Below, piece after piece: positions 13,997-23,502 of a DNA stretch of 28,300 nt. The stretch is from positions 1-28,300 of the IMG/VR virus record IMGVR_UViG_3300044676_004790, one strand, 5' to 3'. Within the stretch, counting starts at the first letter, position 1, and each line of letters begins with the position of its first letter. The translations under genes and the position numbers were made by a program. This DNA is from a virus. Its lineage: Duplodnaviria; Caudoviricetes. The notes under the pieces are model-generated. The model ran no database searches. It worked only from the letters and a program-made list of their open reading frames with translations, and was not told where the DNA came from.

Positions 13997-16076
13997 AAAT
14001 GGATTAGAAGTACAGGAGTTTGATGAAAAAGGGCCTGATGTAGATGCTATAAAGCATGAATTTAATGATGCGAAAGCAAATCTGTCCTTTTGGATGGATA
14101 AGGCTGAAGAGGCCAGGGAGTGCCGGTTCAATGAATGGGCGGGCAAGGATGGAAGCGGGAAGAAGAATGGACCGGAAGCCTTCCCTTGGGACGGCAGCTC
14201 TGATCTCGAGCCATCACTTGTTAATCCTTTAATCGATGGGGATGTAGCCCTTCTTTCGCAATCGCTGTCACAGGCTAACCTTGTAGCCGCTCCCGTCGAA
14301 AGTTCCGACATTGGCAGTGCAAAGATGGTGAGTGAGTTTTTGAAGTGGCGGATGAACTCAATGACTGAACTTCCTCGGGAAGCCGCCATCGGAGCCAATT
14401 ATTTATTGCAGAATGGAATCACATTTTTCGGCACTTACTGGAAGAGGGAAACCACTCGAGTATTTAAGGATATAACCCTTGAGGAAATAGCACAGATGTC
14501 GCCCGAGCTGGCAATGGCAATCCAGGACCCTGAGATGAAAGAGGGAGTCGAGGAGATGTTCTTTCCGCTATTCCCTAACTTGAAAAAGCGGAGAGTTCGG
14601 AAGATGCTTAATGAGCTTAGGAATAAGGGAGTATCCAAAGTTCCGACAGAAAAGGCGGTGGTTAATCGCCCAGCTATTAAGGCTTATGAATTGGGTAGGG
14701 AGATTATTATCGATTCAAATGTAATTGATTTGGAATCAGCCCGAAGCATCCACTGCATTCATTATTATTCTCCTGAAGCACTCATGCAGAAAGTGAATGA
14801 GGGATGGGATAAAAAATGGATAGAGGAACTGATAGAGAACTCAAAAGGATTTTATTCTGAGGAGAGTTATTCCACGGATCTCATGTCTTATGACACCGGT
14901 AACTTTTACGGCCAACAGGATTACGAGGGAATGGTTCGGGTCATTACAACTTATCGTAAGGAATTGGATGAAGATGATGTACCTATTTGCACAATTACTT
15001 GCTGGGCTGATGAAGTCGAGGGTCATGGTTTTCACAGTCCAATGGAATATGATGAAGGTCGTTATCCATTTGTCTGCATCACCAGGGAAAATTTAAATCA
15101 CCGACTGCTTGATTCTCGAGGATACCCCGAACTTCTGAAGAGTTATCAAACCTGTGTAAAAAGTGAGATGGACTCAAGGCGTGATAGGGCATCCATGAGT
15201 ACAATGCCTCCAGTCGAATATGTCCAAGGCCGCCGTCCTGAACGGATTGGTCCGGGGGCACACTTACCTGTCCGTAGGAGGGGAGAATTTGGATTCGCAG
15301 AGATCCCAAGATACTCACCCGCATCAATGGAAGTGGAGATGCAGATCAGACAACTCGCCAACAAGATAACCGGTCGAGCAACATCTGCCGAGGATGCAGT
15401 TGAGGCAAACAGTATTCGCCAGCACTTGGTCAATCAATGGCTTAATGGATTCAAACAGATTTTAAATCGTGTATGGTGCTTGGACCGAACATATGGCGGT
15501 CCGCAAATTTGGTTCAGAGTCACAAATAACGAACAGGGTGCAATGCTCATGTTGGATGAGACTGCTGAGATTTATGATTTTAATATCACTTGGAACTCAA
15601 TGAATCAGGACGAGGAAAAAGTTCTTCAGAAATTGGATACAGTGGGTAAATTAATGGCTCAGTATGATCGATCCGGTCAAGCTCGCTTTGATATTTATCT
15701 CCGAAAAGTTCTTGAGGCTATTGATCCTAATCTTGCCGGCCAACTTATAGCCCCCGTTGAGGAGGCAACTGATAAAGAGATTCAGGAAACTTCTGCTGAC
15801 ATCGCTAAAATCGCATCGGGTCAGGTAGTAAATGTCCCTCAACAGGGTGTAAATTCAAACCTTCGTTTACAGAAGTTGCAAGAGTACCTCAGAGGAACAC
15901 CCGAAGTACCGGCAACCGATGTCCAACAGAGGATGCAAGAAGACGAGAACTTTGCAAAGAGACTTCAGACATATGCTGGTCAGCTAGAGATGATGCAAAT
16001 GCAACAGAAAAACAAGCTAATTGGACAGCTAGGTACTGCTCCTGGCAATGTACCAGGAACCTCAATCGCCGCTTAA
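13989..16076 (+). CDS. Portal protein (podovirus/P22-like)
   Basis: 695 aa after TerL, with 'GRYPFV', helical character and a Q-rich C-terminal barrel. Confidence 0.85.
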   Translation: MSENGLEVQEFDEKGPDVDAIKHEFNDAKANLSFWMDKAEEARECRFNEWAGKDGSGKKNGPEAFPWDGSSDLEPSLVNPLIDGDVALLSQSLSQANLVAAPVESSDIGSAKMVSEFLKWRMNSMTELPREAAIGANYLLQNGITFFGTYWKRETTRVFKDITLEEIAQMSPELAMAIQDPEMKEGVEEMFFPLFPNLKKRRVRKMLNELRNKGVSKVPTEKAVVNRPAIKAYELGREIIIDSNVIDLESARSIHCIHYYSPEALMQKVNEGWDKKWIEELIENSKGFYSEESYSTDLMSYDTGNFYGQQDYEGMVRVITTYRKELDEDDVPICTITCWADEVEGHGFHSPMEYDEGRYPFVCITRENLNHRLLDSRGYPELLKSYQTCVKSEMDSRRDRASMSTMPPVEYVQGRRPERIGPGAHLPVRRRGEFGFAEIPRYSPASMEVEMQIRQLANKITGRATSAEDAVEANSIRQHLVNQWLNGFKQILNRVWCLDRTYGGPQIWFRVTNNEQGAMLMLDETAEIYDFNITWNSMNQDEEKVLQKLDTVGKLMAQYDRSGQARFDIYLRKVLEAIDPNLAGQLIAPVEEATDKEIQETSADIAKIASGQVVNVPQQGVNSNLRLQKLQEYLRGTPEVPATDVQQRMQEDENFAKRLQTYAGQLEMMQMQQKNKLIGQLGTAPGNVPGTSIAA

Positions 16077-16091
16077 ACAAAAGGAAATATT

Positions 16092-16190
16092 ATGCCATAC
16101 GGAAAAGGAACATACGGATCAAAGGTTGGAAGACCTTCTAATAAAGCTAAAGCAATGGCTCGTAAGAAAAAGCTGAAAAAGAAAAAGTGA
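16092..16190 (+). CDS. 32-aa very basic peptide (MPYGKGTYGSKVGRPSNKAKAMARKKKLKKKK)
   Basis: AAGGA SD; stop overlaps the next GTG (GTGA). Confidence 0.7.
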   Translation: MPYGKGTYGSKVGRPSNKAKAMARKKKLKKKK

Positions 16191-16432
16191 GTAAGCCTAC
16201 CAAGGTAAATTCCCCTAGGCGCATCCGAAAGGGCGAGCCAGGATATGGGAAGAAGAAATTTGTCGTACTTGCATCGGAAAATGGCAAGACAAGAACAATT
16301 CGTTACGGGGATGCAAACATGAAAATCCGTAAATCTAATCCTGATGCTCGTAAATCTTTTCGAGCTAGGCATAAGTGCGATCAAAAGAAATCAAAACTAA
16401 CGGCGGGCTATTGGTCTTGCCGGAAATGGTGA
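16187..16432 (+). CDS. Small basic phage protein (FRARHKC...YWSC family)
   Basis: 'IRYGDANM...ARKSFRARHKC...TAGYWSCRKW', a motif recalled from environmental phages. Confidence 0.75.
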   Translation: MSKPTKVNSPRRIRKGEPGYGKKKFVVLASENGKTRTIRYGDANMKIRKSNPDARKSFRARHKCDQKKSKLTAGYWSCRKW

Positions 16433-16782
16433 TGCCAAAGGATGCTTGCTATAAGAAGGTAAAGGCTCGGGTAAAGGTATTTCCATCTGCTCGAGCATCG
16501 CAACAGATTGCCAAATGTCGGAAGTCCAAAGGACAGGTTCGCAAGTCTACGGCTGGATCTTCATTAAAAAGATGGGGTGCTGAGAAATGGAAAGATACAC
16601 GAACCGGCAAACCATGTGGACAGGGCGGAAAGAATGAATACTGCCGCCCAACAAAAAGAGTTTCAAGTAAAACACCTAAAACCAAATCGGAGATGAGTAA
16701 AAGTCAGTTAAAACGCAAGAAGGCTGAAAAATCCAAGGTTGGGATGGGACGAAGAGTAAAACCAGTAAGAAGAAAAAAATGA
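16432..16782 (+). CDS. Small basic Cys-containing phage protein
   Basis: 'DACYKKVKAR..VFPSA.AS....KCRK', 'LKRW..EKW.D..TGKPCG' and 'YCRP.KRVSSKTPKT'. TGATG coupling at 16432. Confidence 0.75.
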   Translation: MPKDACYKKVKARVKVFPSARASQQIAKCRKSKGQVRKSTAGSSLKRWGAEKWKDTRTGKPCGQGGKNEYCRPTKRVSSKTPKTKSEMSKSQLKRKKAEKSKVGMGRRVKPVRRKK

Positions 16783-17003
16783 AATTAGCAGACGCAATCG
16801 CTGGATTGGGTGAACAGACTGAATGGTTAGTCGTAAAAGAATTTATCGAAGAGCAAAGGGATATGTGCCTTGTGGATTTTCAGGACTATACCCATGTGGA
16901 TAATCCCCAAAAACTTGCCCGTCTGTCGGGAGAGATCGCTGGACTTACTCGCATCATAGAAAGTTTAGAAAATGCCGAAGCTGACACCCCACCAGCAGTT
17001 TAA
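16779..17003 (+). CDS. Hypothetical protein (small head-region protein)
   Basis: 74-aa helical ORF between portal and scaffold; ATGA overlap. Confidence 0.7.
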   Translation: MKLADAIAGLGEQTEWLVVKEFIEEQRDMCLVDFQDYTHVDNPQKLARLSGEIAGLTRIIESLENAEADTPPAV

Positions 17004-17151
17004 AAATGCTCATCGTGCTTTACTTGATCGTTGGATCGAGGAGAGCGATATCGATGATATGGAACTTGCTAAAATTGCTATCGACGATGTCGAGGAATGG
17101 CTGGATGAGGATGTTGTTGGTTTTGAATCTGACATCCCATTAGATGACTAA
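16972..17151 (+). CDS. 59-aa acidic hypothetical protein
   Basis: MPKLTPHQQFKNAHRALLDRWIEESDIDDMELAKIAIDDVEEWLDEDVVGFESDIPLDD fills the gap before the nuclease. Confidence 0.6.
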   Translation: MPKLTPHQQFKNAHRALLDRWIEESDIDDMELAKIAIDDVEEWLDEDVVGFESDIPLDD

Positions 17152-17566
17152 ACGACTTGGATATATTTACGAACAGGAATTTTTTACTCAGGCTTTAAGG
17201 CACGGCCTCGAAGTATTTACTCCGCTCGGTGATCACTTACCACAAGACTGCATTGTGGTAAATGCGGCCGGTAAAAAATTTAATGTACAGATAAAAGGGA
17301 CTGAAAAAGCTAAACTAAGCGATAAGACTCGGGCTATTCGGCGGTACAAATTTTCATGTACCACTGGCCGTGCCGTAAAGAAGCCCCTCGACTGCACAAA
17401 GGTCGATGTGGTGGCAGTCTACTGCGATGACATTCGGATTTGGTATCTAATTCCGTGCATGGCCATTGATGGGGCTGTAACAATCGCCGTCTATCCCCAT
17501 GTAAAGGACTCAAAAGCCAAACACGAGAAGTTTAGGGAAAATTGGGAAATATTTAAAACTTCCTGA
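17144..17566 (+). CDS. PD-(D/E)XK endonuclease (homing-type)
   Basis: 'GYIYEQEF...GLEVFTPLGDHLPQDCIV...NVQIK...VDVVAVY...WYLIP'. Confidence 0.8.
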   Translation: MTKRLGYIYEQEFFTQALRHGLEVFTPLGDHLPQDCIVVNAAGKKFNVQIKGTEKAKLSDKTRAIRRYKFSCTTGRAVKKPLDCTKVDVVAVYCDDIRIWYLIPCMAIDGAVTIAVYPHVKDSKAKHEKFRENWEIFKTS

Positions 17567-17658
17567 AAATTATTCCCGACCCCCATGTAAAATATTAATC
17601 GGTGCATCATATCGATGTGCAGATTAACGCAAGAGTGCGAACTTTAAACGCAGAAAAC

Positions 17659-18684
17659 ATGGCAGATACAGAATTGACCGAGGCTTCGGGTACAACAACG
17701 GAAGCAGAAATACAACCAACGCAAAGCATTACGACCCTTGAGGAGTTGACAGCATCGTTTGTCGATAAAGTTGAGGAGAGTGAAGCGAAACAGGAATCTG
17801 AAGTGGAGCCTGGTCCCGAGACCACAACCGCAGATGCAGATACCGACCAGGATAAAGATGTTCTTTTACAGTCTACCGAGTCTGAGGAATCAGAGGAGGA
17901 GGAAACGGAGGAGATAGCTGAAGAGGGAGAGGAAACAGAGGACGAAGCTGAACCGCCCAAAGCTGTTGGCAAACTGCTCAAACAAGTCAATAAACTGACT
18001 GCTCGAGCAAAGACCGCCGAAGAAACAGCCGAAGCATTACAAGCTCAGATTGAAGCCTTAAAATCCAATCCGCAGAAGCAATCGGAACCCAGTCAGCCAG
18101 CCTTGGAAGAAGTAAATGACTTTCAGTCATTGGAAACTTTACGAAAGGAAGCACTTGCCGCCAAGAAATGGGCACTCCAAAATATTGGCCGTGACTATGT
18201 AGAATCCGGCGGGAAAGAGTACAGCGATGATGATATTCGTGGTGTCTTAACCCAAGCCGAAGAATACTTGTCAGAGAAGATCCCCGAGAGGGCGCAATAT
18301 CTTCAGTCAGCCGCACAATGGCAACAGGATACGATTAATGCTCATCCGTGGATTTCGGACAAAGTGGATACCGACCAAGCTGAAGAACGCCGTGGCGTTT
18401 TTAACCAGTTAAAAAGTCAGTATGCAAATGTTCTGAACTCCCTACCGAATGGCGACTTTATAGCGGCCACACTCGTAAGAGGGGTGGAAGCGATTAAAGC
18501 GGATCAGGCGGCCAAGACGGCCAAACCGAAAGCCAAGAAGGTAGCCAAAGCACCTCCCCCAACGATGGGTGATTCAAGCCCACCGATTCAAACTTCAGCC
18601 ACTCGAAAGACTGCAAATAAACAAAAGATTTTGGAGCGTAAACAACTCTCGGAAAATGATCTAGCCGCATTTCTAGCGGAATAA
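17659..18684 (+). CDS. Capsid scaffolding protein
   Basis: Very acidic N-terminus, coiled coil ('KQVNKLTARAKTAEE') and basic/Pro-rich C-terminus, directly before the MCP. ATG 17659 preferred as start. Confidence 0.8.
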   Translation: MADTELTEASGTTTEAEIQPTQSITTLEELTASFVDKVEESEAKQESEVEPGPETTTADADTDQDKDVLLQSTESEESEEEETEEIAEEGEETEDEAEPPKAVGKLLKQVNKLTARAKTAEETAEALQAQIEALKSNPQKQSEPSQPALEEVNDFQSLETLRKEALAAKKWALQNIGRDYVESGGKEYSDDDIRGVLTQAEEYLSEKIPERAQYLQSAAQWQQDTINAHPWISDKVDTDQAEERRGVFNQLKSQYANVLNSLPNGDFIAATLVRGVEAIKADQAAKTAKPKAKKVAKAPPPTMGDSSPPIQTSATRKTANKQKILERKQLSENDLAAFLAE

Positions 18685-18718
18685 AATTTATAAAACTTCA
18701 AAATAAGGACTCAAGAAA

Positions 18719-19750
18719 ATGGCTCTAGCAACATCTTATAATGTAACCGCCAATAAAGGCGCTCAAACCAACCTCGAAAATGTTTTAAAGACTGTAGAAC
18801 CGACAGAAACACCTCTGTATTCTACGCTTTCCCAATCCGCCGCTCCAAAGGCAACTCTTAATGAGTGGCTAGTTGACTCGCTTGCAAATCCCGAAATCGG
18901 TGGAACTATCGATGGCGTTGATTTGACACTCTCTGCTGGTGGAAGCACTTTTGCAAACTTAATAGATACTCGTGAGAGGCTCGGAAATCGAGTACAAACT
19001 TTCCGTGATTTGTTTGCTGTCTCAAGACAGGCTGAGATGGTCGATGTCGCTCCTGGCGGATCTCTTTTTGCCGCTTCACAGGCTAAAAGTTTATTGCAGT
19101 TAAAACGCTCAATCGAGACTGGCATCGGATCAGGTAACGACCAATCCGTTGGATCAAGTTCTGCCGCCGCTAAGATGTGTGGACTTGGTATTTGGTCTGA
19201 CCCGACTGCGACTGGAAATACTTTCGACACAAGTGCTAAGCAAGCATTCCGTGCAGTAAGTGGTTCCCGTGTAAGTCTTGCTAGTTTGACTGAATCTGCT
19301 TTCCGTGGATTGCTTCAAGCTGTTTACACTGCCGCCGGTTCTAAAGGTACATATAACCTTTTCTGCGGACCAGCAGTAATGAACAAAATTACTGATTACA
19401 CTCGTTCAACAGTTGCTGATGGTAACTTTAGCTTCGATCAGGATGTAAGTGGTAAAACTCTTGTTCGTTCGATCCTCACTTATGTATCTGACTACTCTAC
19501 GATAAACATCATTCCGGATCTCTTCTTAGGTCGTGTGGATGGTTCTGCAAGTGGTACTGATACAGTTGAAGGTACAGTTAACACAGATCGTGGTTACTTA
19601 ATACCAGGTGATGACACTGTTAGCTTGAAATTCTTGGAAGGTATCACAATTCAGGATCTTCCTGACAATGGTGCTGGAAAACGGGCCTTCTCTGAGGCGA
19701 TGCTTACCTTGAGGGTAACTAACCCGAGAGCATTGGGCAGTATAGTTTAA
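18719..19750 (+). CDS. Major capsid protein (HK97 fold)
   Basis: 343 aa with 'PTETPLYS', 'EWLVDSL', 'RLGNRVQTF', 'LKRSIE' and 'EAMLTLRVTNPRALG'. AAGGA SD; followed by a terminator. Confidence 0.9.
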   Translation: MALATSYNVTANKGAQTNLENVLKTVEPTETPLYSTLSQSAAPKATLNEWLVDSLANPEIGGTIDGVDLTLSAGGSTFANLIDTRERLGNRVQTFRDLFAVSRQAEMVDVAPGGSLFAASQAKSLLQLKRSIETGIGSGNDQSVGSSSAAAKMCGLGIWSDPTATGNTFDTSAKQAFRAVSGSRVSLASLTESAFRGLLQAVYTAAGSKGTYNLFCGPAVMNKITDYTRSTVADGNFSFDQDVSGKTLVRSILTYVSDYSTINIIPDLFLGRVDGSASGTDTVEGTVNTDRGYLIPGDDTVSLKFLEGITIQDLPDNGAGKRAFSEAMLTLRVTNPRALGSIV

Positions 19751-19787
19751 GTTTATATAGTTTCATCTATATTTGATTAGTGTGGTG

Positions 19788-19835
19788 GGGGGATCGAGTT
19801 TCTTTTGGTTAGCTCGGTCCCCCTTTTTTCTTTTT
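19788..19835 (+). terminator. Rho-independent terminator after MCP
   Basis: GGGGGATCGAGTT/AGCTCGGTCCCCC 13-bp stem (two G-U pairs) followed by TTTTTTCTTTTT. Confidence 0.85.
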
Positions 19836-19840
19836 AAAAT

Positions 19841-20149
19841 ATGAGTCTTAATATCATAGTAAAAGGTGGGAAAAGAAGTGGTGGAATGTCCGGTGAGGAG
19901 ATGGCCCACTACTTATCGAAAAAAGTTGAGCGGGATGCCGAGCGTGAAAAAGCCGGCTATCGGAAACGCTCATTGGAAACACGCAAGGCCGCCCAACAGG
20001 TAAAAGGTTCGGGTGACTTTCGTTTAGTTTCCGCAATCGATTCCGCTACTTTTTTAAGGCATGAACAGGAGCGACCTGGTTGTATGTCCGATTCGGAATA
20101 TCGCCGTGACTTCGCAAAAAAGAATCCTGAGACAGTTATTGGATCGTGA
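19841..20149 (+). CDS. Hypothetical protein
   Basis: 102 aa, C-terminal 'RRDFAKKNPE'; follows the MCP. Confidence 0.7.
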   Translation: MSLNIIVKGGKRSGGMSGEEMAHYLSKKVERDAEREKAGYRKRSLETRKAAQQVKGSGDFRLVSAIDSATFLRHEQERPGCMSDSEYRRDFAKKNPETVIGS

Positions 20150-20784
20150 GAACTGTAACCTACACCGAGCTTAAAAATAGATTTACTTCGGCCATCGGAG
20201 TGGACTCTTTGCTTTCGGTTGAGGAGACAGCATTTAAGAACTCATTGAATGATCGGGTCAAGGGAGCATGGACACGGGCACAATGGCCGGAATTGATGAC
20301 ACTGAAAGAAAAATCAGTGGCGGCAATTACCTCGCCATTGGTTGCGGACAAAGCAGTTCAGATTGATAACGACTCTGACATCATGGATGTCTTTGCGGTT
20401 TTCAATAAAAACCCATTGGCAGATCGCCAGGCGATTAAATTGGAATATCAATTGATCAATGGGTATTTAATTTTAAAGGCGGATGCTAATGACACATCTG
20501 TTTTCGTTCAGGGTAACCAGGTAACCCCGTCAAGCTATGGGGATGGAGTAGGGGAGACTTCAACCCTTCCACGATTCCTCGAGCGATACTTACTACTCGC
20601 AACTGTTGCTGATTTTTACAAGGCAGATGGCCAATTGGAAAAAGCGGTCCAACAGGAGCAGATGGCAGAAGAAACCTTAGCCCTCGAAATCGACCGAGTC
20701 GAGAGGCTGGAGGGGATGAATAAAATATCGGTCAATACATATCCGAGCTATTCGTTCGGAGTAAACATTTTAACTACTACATAA
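20146..20784 (+). CDS. Head-tail adaptor (tail tubular A/P22 gp4-like)
   Basis: Size, position after the MCP, and helical termini ('LPRFLERYLLLATVADFYKADGQ'). Confidence 0.65.
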   Translation: MRTVTYTELKNRFTSAIGVDSLLSVEETAFKNSLNDRVKGAWTRAQWPELMTLKEKSVAAITSPLVADKAVQIDNDSDIMDVFAVFNKNPLADRQAIKLEYQLINGYLILKADANDTSVFVQGNQVTPSSYGDGVGETSTLPRFLERYLLLATVADFYKADGQLEKAVQQEQMAEETLALEIDRVERLEGMNKISVNTYPSYSFGVNILTTT

Positions 20785-20786
20785 TT

Positions 20787-21047
20787 ATGGGACTAGGATC
20801 AGTAAATATCGGAAATGCTATGGGAGCCGGCGGAAGTTTATACGCCAATGATACAGCGGCCCACACTGGCAATTTTACATCAATTCAATTCACCGAGGAC
20901 TCCGTTCTTTCGGCATACACCGGTAAGGTAGAGAATGTATCTGCTCTGATTTCGGACGGAACATCCTTCGCACAGGGTCAGGTAATTTACGGCGAATGCA
21001 CCAGCTTCACTTTAGCGAGCGGAGCCTGTTTAGCCTATAAAGAATAA
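20787..21047 (+). CDS. Small beta-rich virion protein
   Basis: 86 aa, G/S/T-rich, C-terminal 'GQVIYGECTSFTLASG..LAY'. Confidence 0.6.
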   Translation: MGLGSVNIGNAMGAGGSLYANDTAAHTGNFTSIQFTEDSVLSAYTGKVENVSALISDGTSFAQGQVIYGECTSFTLASGACLAYKE

Positions 21048-21199
21048 TGCCCTTTAACTGTCTAGGACTTCTTATAGGTGACACCGATGCGGACAACGCA
21101 GTCGGACCAGTACCTATTGGGCCAAACTTGGTGTTACTGACTGAGGCGGGTGCGTTTATGAAGACTGAAGATGGATTTTTTTTAGAATTTGAATTTTAA
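21047..21199 (+). CDS. 50-aa tail-associated peptide
   Basis: MPFNCLGLLIGD...LLTEAGAFMKTEDGFFLEFEF with TAATG coupling. 'LLTE.G.F' motifs often precede fibre genes. Confidence 0.6.
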   Translation: MPFNCLGLLIGDTDADNAVGPVPIGPNLVLLTEAGAFMKTEDGFFLEFEF

Positions 21200-21210
21200 C
21201 ATTTATAGAT

Positions 21211-21924
21211 ATGGCTAACAAGAAATTTACAGAACTTACCGATCTACCTAGTCCAGCAGGTGCAGATATTCTAGCAATAGTTGACGATGTAGCAGGTACA
21301 CCAACAACAAAGAAAGTAACCGTTACCAATTTAATGGGACAAGCTCCCATACAAAGTGTTAACTCAGCAACAGGTGTAGTAGTATTAGATGCAGATGACA
21401 TTAGTGACGCTTCAACCACTAACAAGTTTGTTACAGCTACTGACATTACAAACCTTGGCAACTTGAGCGGTACGAATACAGGAGACCAAGACCTTAGCTC
21501 ATACCAACTTCAACCATCCGAAGGAGCATTCGTAGATGGAGATAAAACTAAACTAAACTCAGCTTTACAGAGTGTATCTGCTGGAGATTTAACAGATGGC
21601 AACTTTGATGGAACTGCAATCTCAGGCTTCGATGCTAGTATAAATGACCAAACAGACGACTACACTTTGTTAGCTAGTGACAATGGAAAAGTCGTAGTTA
21701 TGAATAAGGCATCAGCAGTAACTGTTACTGTACCAAGCGGATTAGGTGCTGGATTTAATTGTTCGTTCGTTCAAAAGGGTGCAGGTCAAGTTAGCTTTAG
21801 TGCATCTAGTACTACGATCAATAACAGACAGTCGCATACAAAGATCAACGCTCAGTACGGAGTCGCTAGTTTATTAGCTTATGCCGCTGACACTTTTGTT
21901 CTAGCTGGAGACACAGCTTCCTAA
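21211..21924 (+). CDS. Tail fibre protein
   Basis: 'MANKKFTELT', 'TTKKVTV', 'VNSATGVVVL', 'SGTNTGDQDLS' and a C-terminal 'YTLLASDNGK...QKGAGQV' domain. Confidence 0.8.
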   Translation: MANKKFTELTDLPSPAGADILAIVDDVAGTPTTKKVTVTNLMGQAPIQSVNSATGVVVLDADDISDASTTNKFVTATDITNLGNLSGTNTGDQDLSSYQLQPSEGAFVDGDKTKLNSALQSVSAGDLTDGNFDGTAISGFDASINDQTDDYTLLASDNGKVVVMNKASAVTVTVPSGLGAGFNCSFVQKGAGQVSFSASSTTINNRQSHTKINAQYGVASLLAYAADTFVLAGDTAS

Positions 21925-21926
21925 GA

Positions 21927-22148
21927 ATGTTTGTTCTTCCTACATTTGGTTTAGGGGTAGTAGCTAGTCCTGCATTTACTTCAGTATTTGATGACTCTCT
22001 TACTTTTCCTACAATACAAGTGTTTGATACTGAGGCTGAGTTTACAGGTCAAACAGATGCACCACAATACACCATCGTCCACGCAAAAGACACGGACAAA
22101 CTGTATGTATGGACAGGTTCTAAATGGATTTTATTTAATAAGAATTAA
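21927..22148 (+). CDS. Small fibre-associated protein
   Basis: Fibre knob motif 'IVHAKDTDKLYVWTGSKW'. Confidence 0.6.
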   Translation: MFVLPTFGLGVVASPAFTSVFDDSLTFPTIQVFDTEAEFTGQTDAPQYTIVHAKDTDKLYVWTGSKWILFNKN

Positions 22149-22150
22149 TT

Positions 22151-22927
22151 ATGAGTACTTTAACAAGTTATACATCAGCTAACAGACCCTCTGCATCAAG
22201 CAACACAGGTCTTTGTATATTCAGATCGGACACGGATGCGATTGAAGTTTCGGACGGAACTGATTGGCAGACTTATAACAGCGATGGAGTTTTCCAATCT
22301 TTCCCTTCTAATAGTTATTCTGGCAGTTTTGATGGGGTTGGGGATTCTTTTAGTATATCTAACTTATCAGGAAATTTAGTTAGTACAGCTTACTCTTTAG
22401 GTGCGTGGGTGAAAACTAATGGTTCTACAGGAGCCTCTTTACCTATTTTTGGGTCAGGGATAGATTCAAATCGAACCATGTTATTTTGGGTGGATGGTTC
22501 TCTCTCTCAATTTCGAGCTGTTTCTAGGTCTAGTGGAGGTGCGATATTAACATCAGGATCAACATACACGATGACAAATTGGAATCATGTTGTTTACACT
22601 GTAAGTAGTTCAGGAACAGGAAAATTTTATGTTAATGGGATTGCGGATGGTAGTACCTCCCAGCAATTATTAAACGCACAATCAGTTACAAATTTAGCAA
22701 TAGGTCGTAGGAATTTTGGTAATATTTATTTCCCTGGTTTTATTGATGAGGCTTTTGTTTTTAATAGAGAATTAACTGCAACAGAAGTATCTAACATATA
22801 TACAAATAAAAGCTATGAGAGTTTACTTGCTCTTTATCGTTTTGAAAATAATGCAAATGATGAAAGCGGAAACTATAATGCAACCAACAATGGGGTAACT
22901 TTTAGTACCTCTGACAAACCATATTAA
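22151..22927 (+). CDS. LamG/concanavalin A-like lectin domain virion protein
   Basis: 'SFDGVGD', 'YSLGAWVK', 'WNHVVYT', 'FYVNG' and 'FPGFIDEAFVFNRELTATEV'. Confidence 0.88.
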   Translation: MSTLTSYTSANRPSASSNTGLCIFRSDTDAIEVSDGTDWQTYNSDGVFQSFPSNSYSGSFDGVGDSFSISNLSGNLVSTAYSLGAWVKTNGSTGASLPIFGSGIDSNRTMLFWVDGSLSQFRAVSRSSGGAILTSGSTYTMTNWNHVVYTVSSSGTGKFYVNGIADGSTSQQLLNAQSVTNLAIGRRNFGNIYFPGFIDEAFVFNRELTATEVSNIYTNKSYESLLALYRFENNANDESGNYNATNNGVTFSTSDKPY

Positions 22928-22929
22928 TT

Positions 22930-23157
22930 ATGAGAACTTATGTTATAGCAGATACTTTGGATGTAGGAAACTTTGACTTCTCACAACTTGTTGACATTGA
23001 CGAATCCTACAGTCGAAAGAGTTTAGATGGTTCAAAGATACTAGCACGGTACGAAGACGGACAACCATCTTTTTTATGGGGCAAGACTGAGTATACCCAT
23101 TCTGAGATACTTGATATTTTAGCAACAGACGAGTGGACTAATCCTGATCCTATCTAA
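22930..23157 (+). CDS. Hypothetical protein (follows LamG gene)
   Basis: 'RKSLDGSKIL..Y...QPSFL.GKTEYTHSEIL.IL...EW'. Confidence 0.7.
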   Translation: MRTYVIADTLDVGNFDFSQLVDIDESYSRKSLDGSKILARYEDGQPSFLWGKTEYTHSEILDILATDEWTNPDPI

Positions 23158-23501
23158 TGGCAACTGAAGTCGGAGAAAATGTACAGGTTAAAGCAAACTT
23201 GGCATTCATGGCGAAAGTTATCGCCATTGTTGGCACTTGTGTTTGGGGCTACTCCGTCATTTGGAATAAGATTAACGAACTTGATAATAGCCTGGGAAGA
23301 GTTCAGCACGAAGGAACTTTGCTAGGAGATTTATCTGCTAGGATGATGCACTTAGAAAAGTTTGCAGAACAAGCAAAAGCGGATCTTGATCATTTAGTCG
23401 AAATGCAAGACGCCCCCATAACTTCAGACTTTCAACAGTTTGAGCGACTAAACTATTTAGAAAAAGAGTTGGATAGGCTTCGGGATAAGGTGGAGAAGTG
23501 A
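23157..23501 (+). CDS. Membrane-anchored coiled-coil protein
   Basis: One N-terminal TM segment (VIAIVGTCVWGYSVIW) then a coiled coil. Confidence 0.7.
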   Translation: MATEVGENVQVKANLAFMAKVIAIVGTCVWGYSVIWNKINELDNSLGRVQHEGTLLGDLSARMMHLEKFAEQAKADLDHLVEMQDAPITSDFQQFERLNYLEKELDRLRDKVEK

Positions 23502-23502
23502 C

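Noticed and set aside
17603-17640. Small hairpins in the scaffold leader (TGCA...TGCA; CGCA-AGAG-TGCG)
   Set aside because: Stems are too short to distinguish from chance, though P22-type scaffold autoregulation is conceivable.
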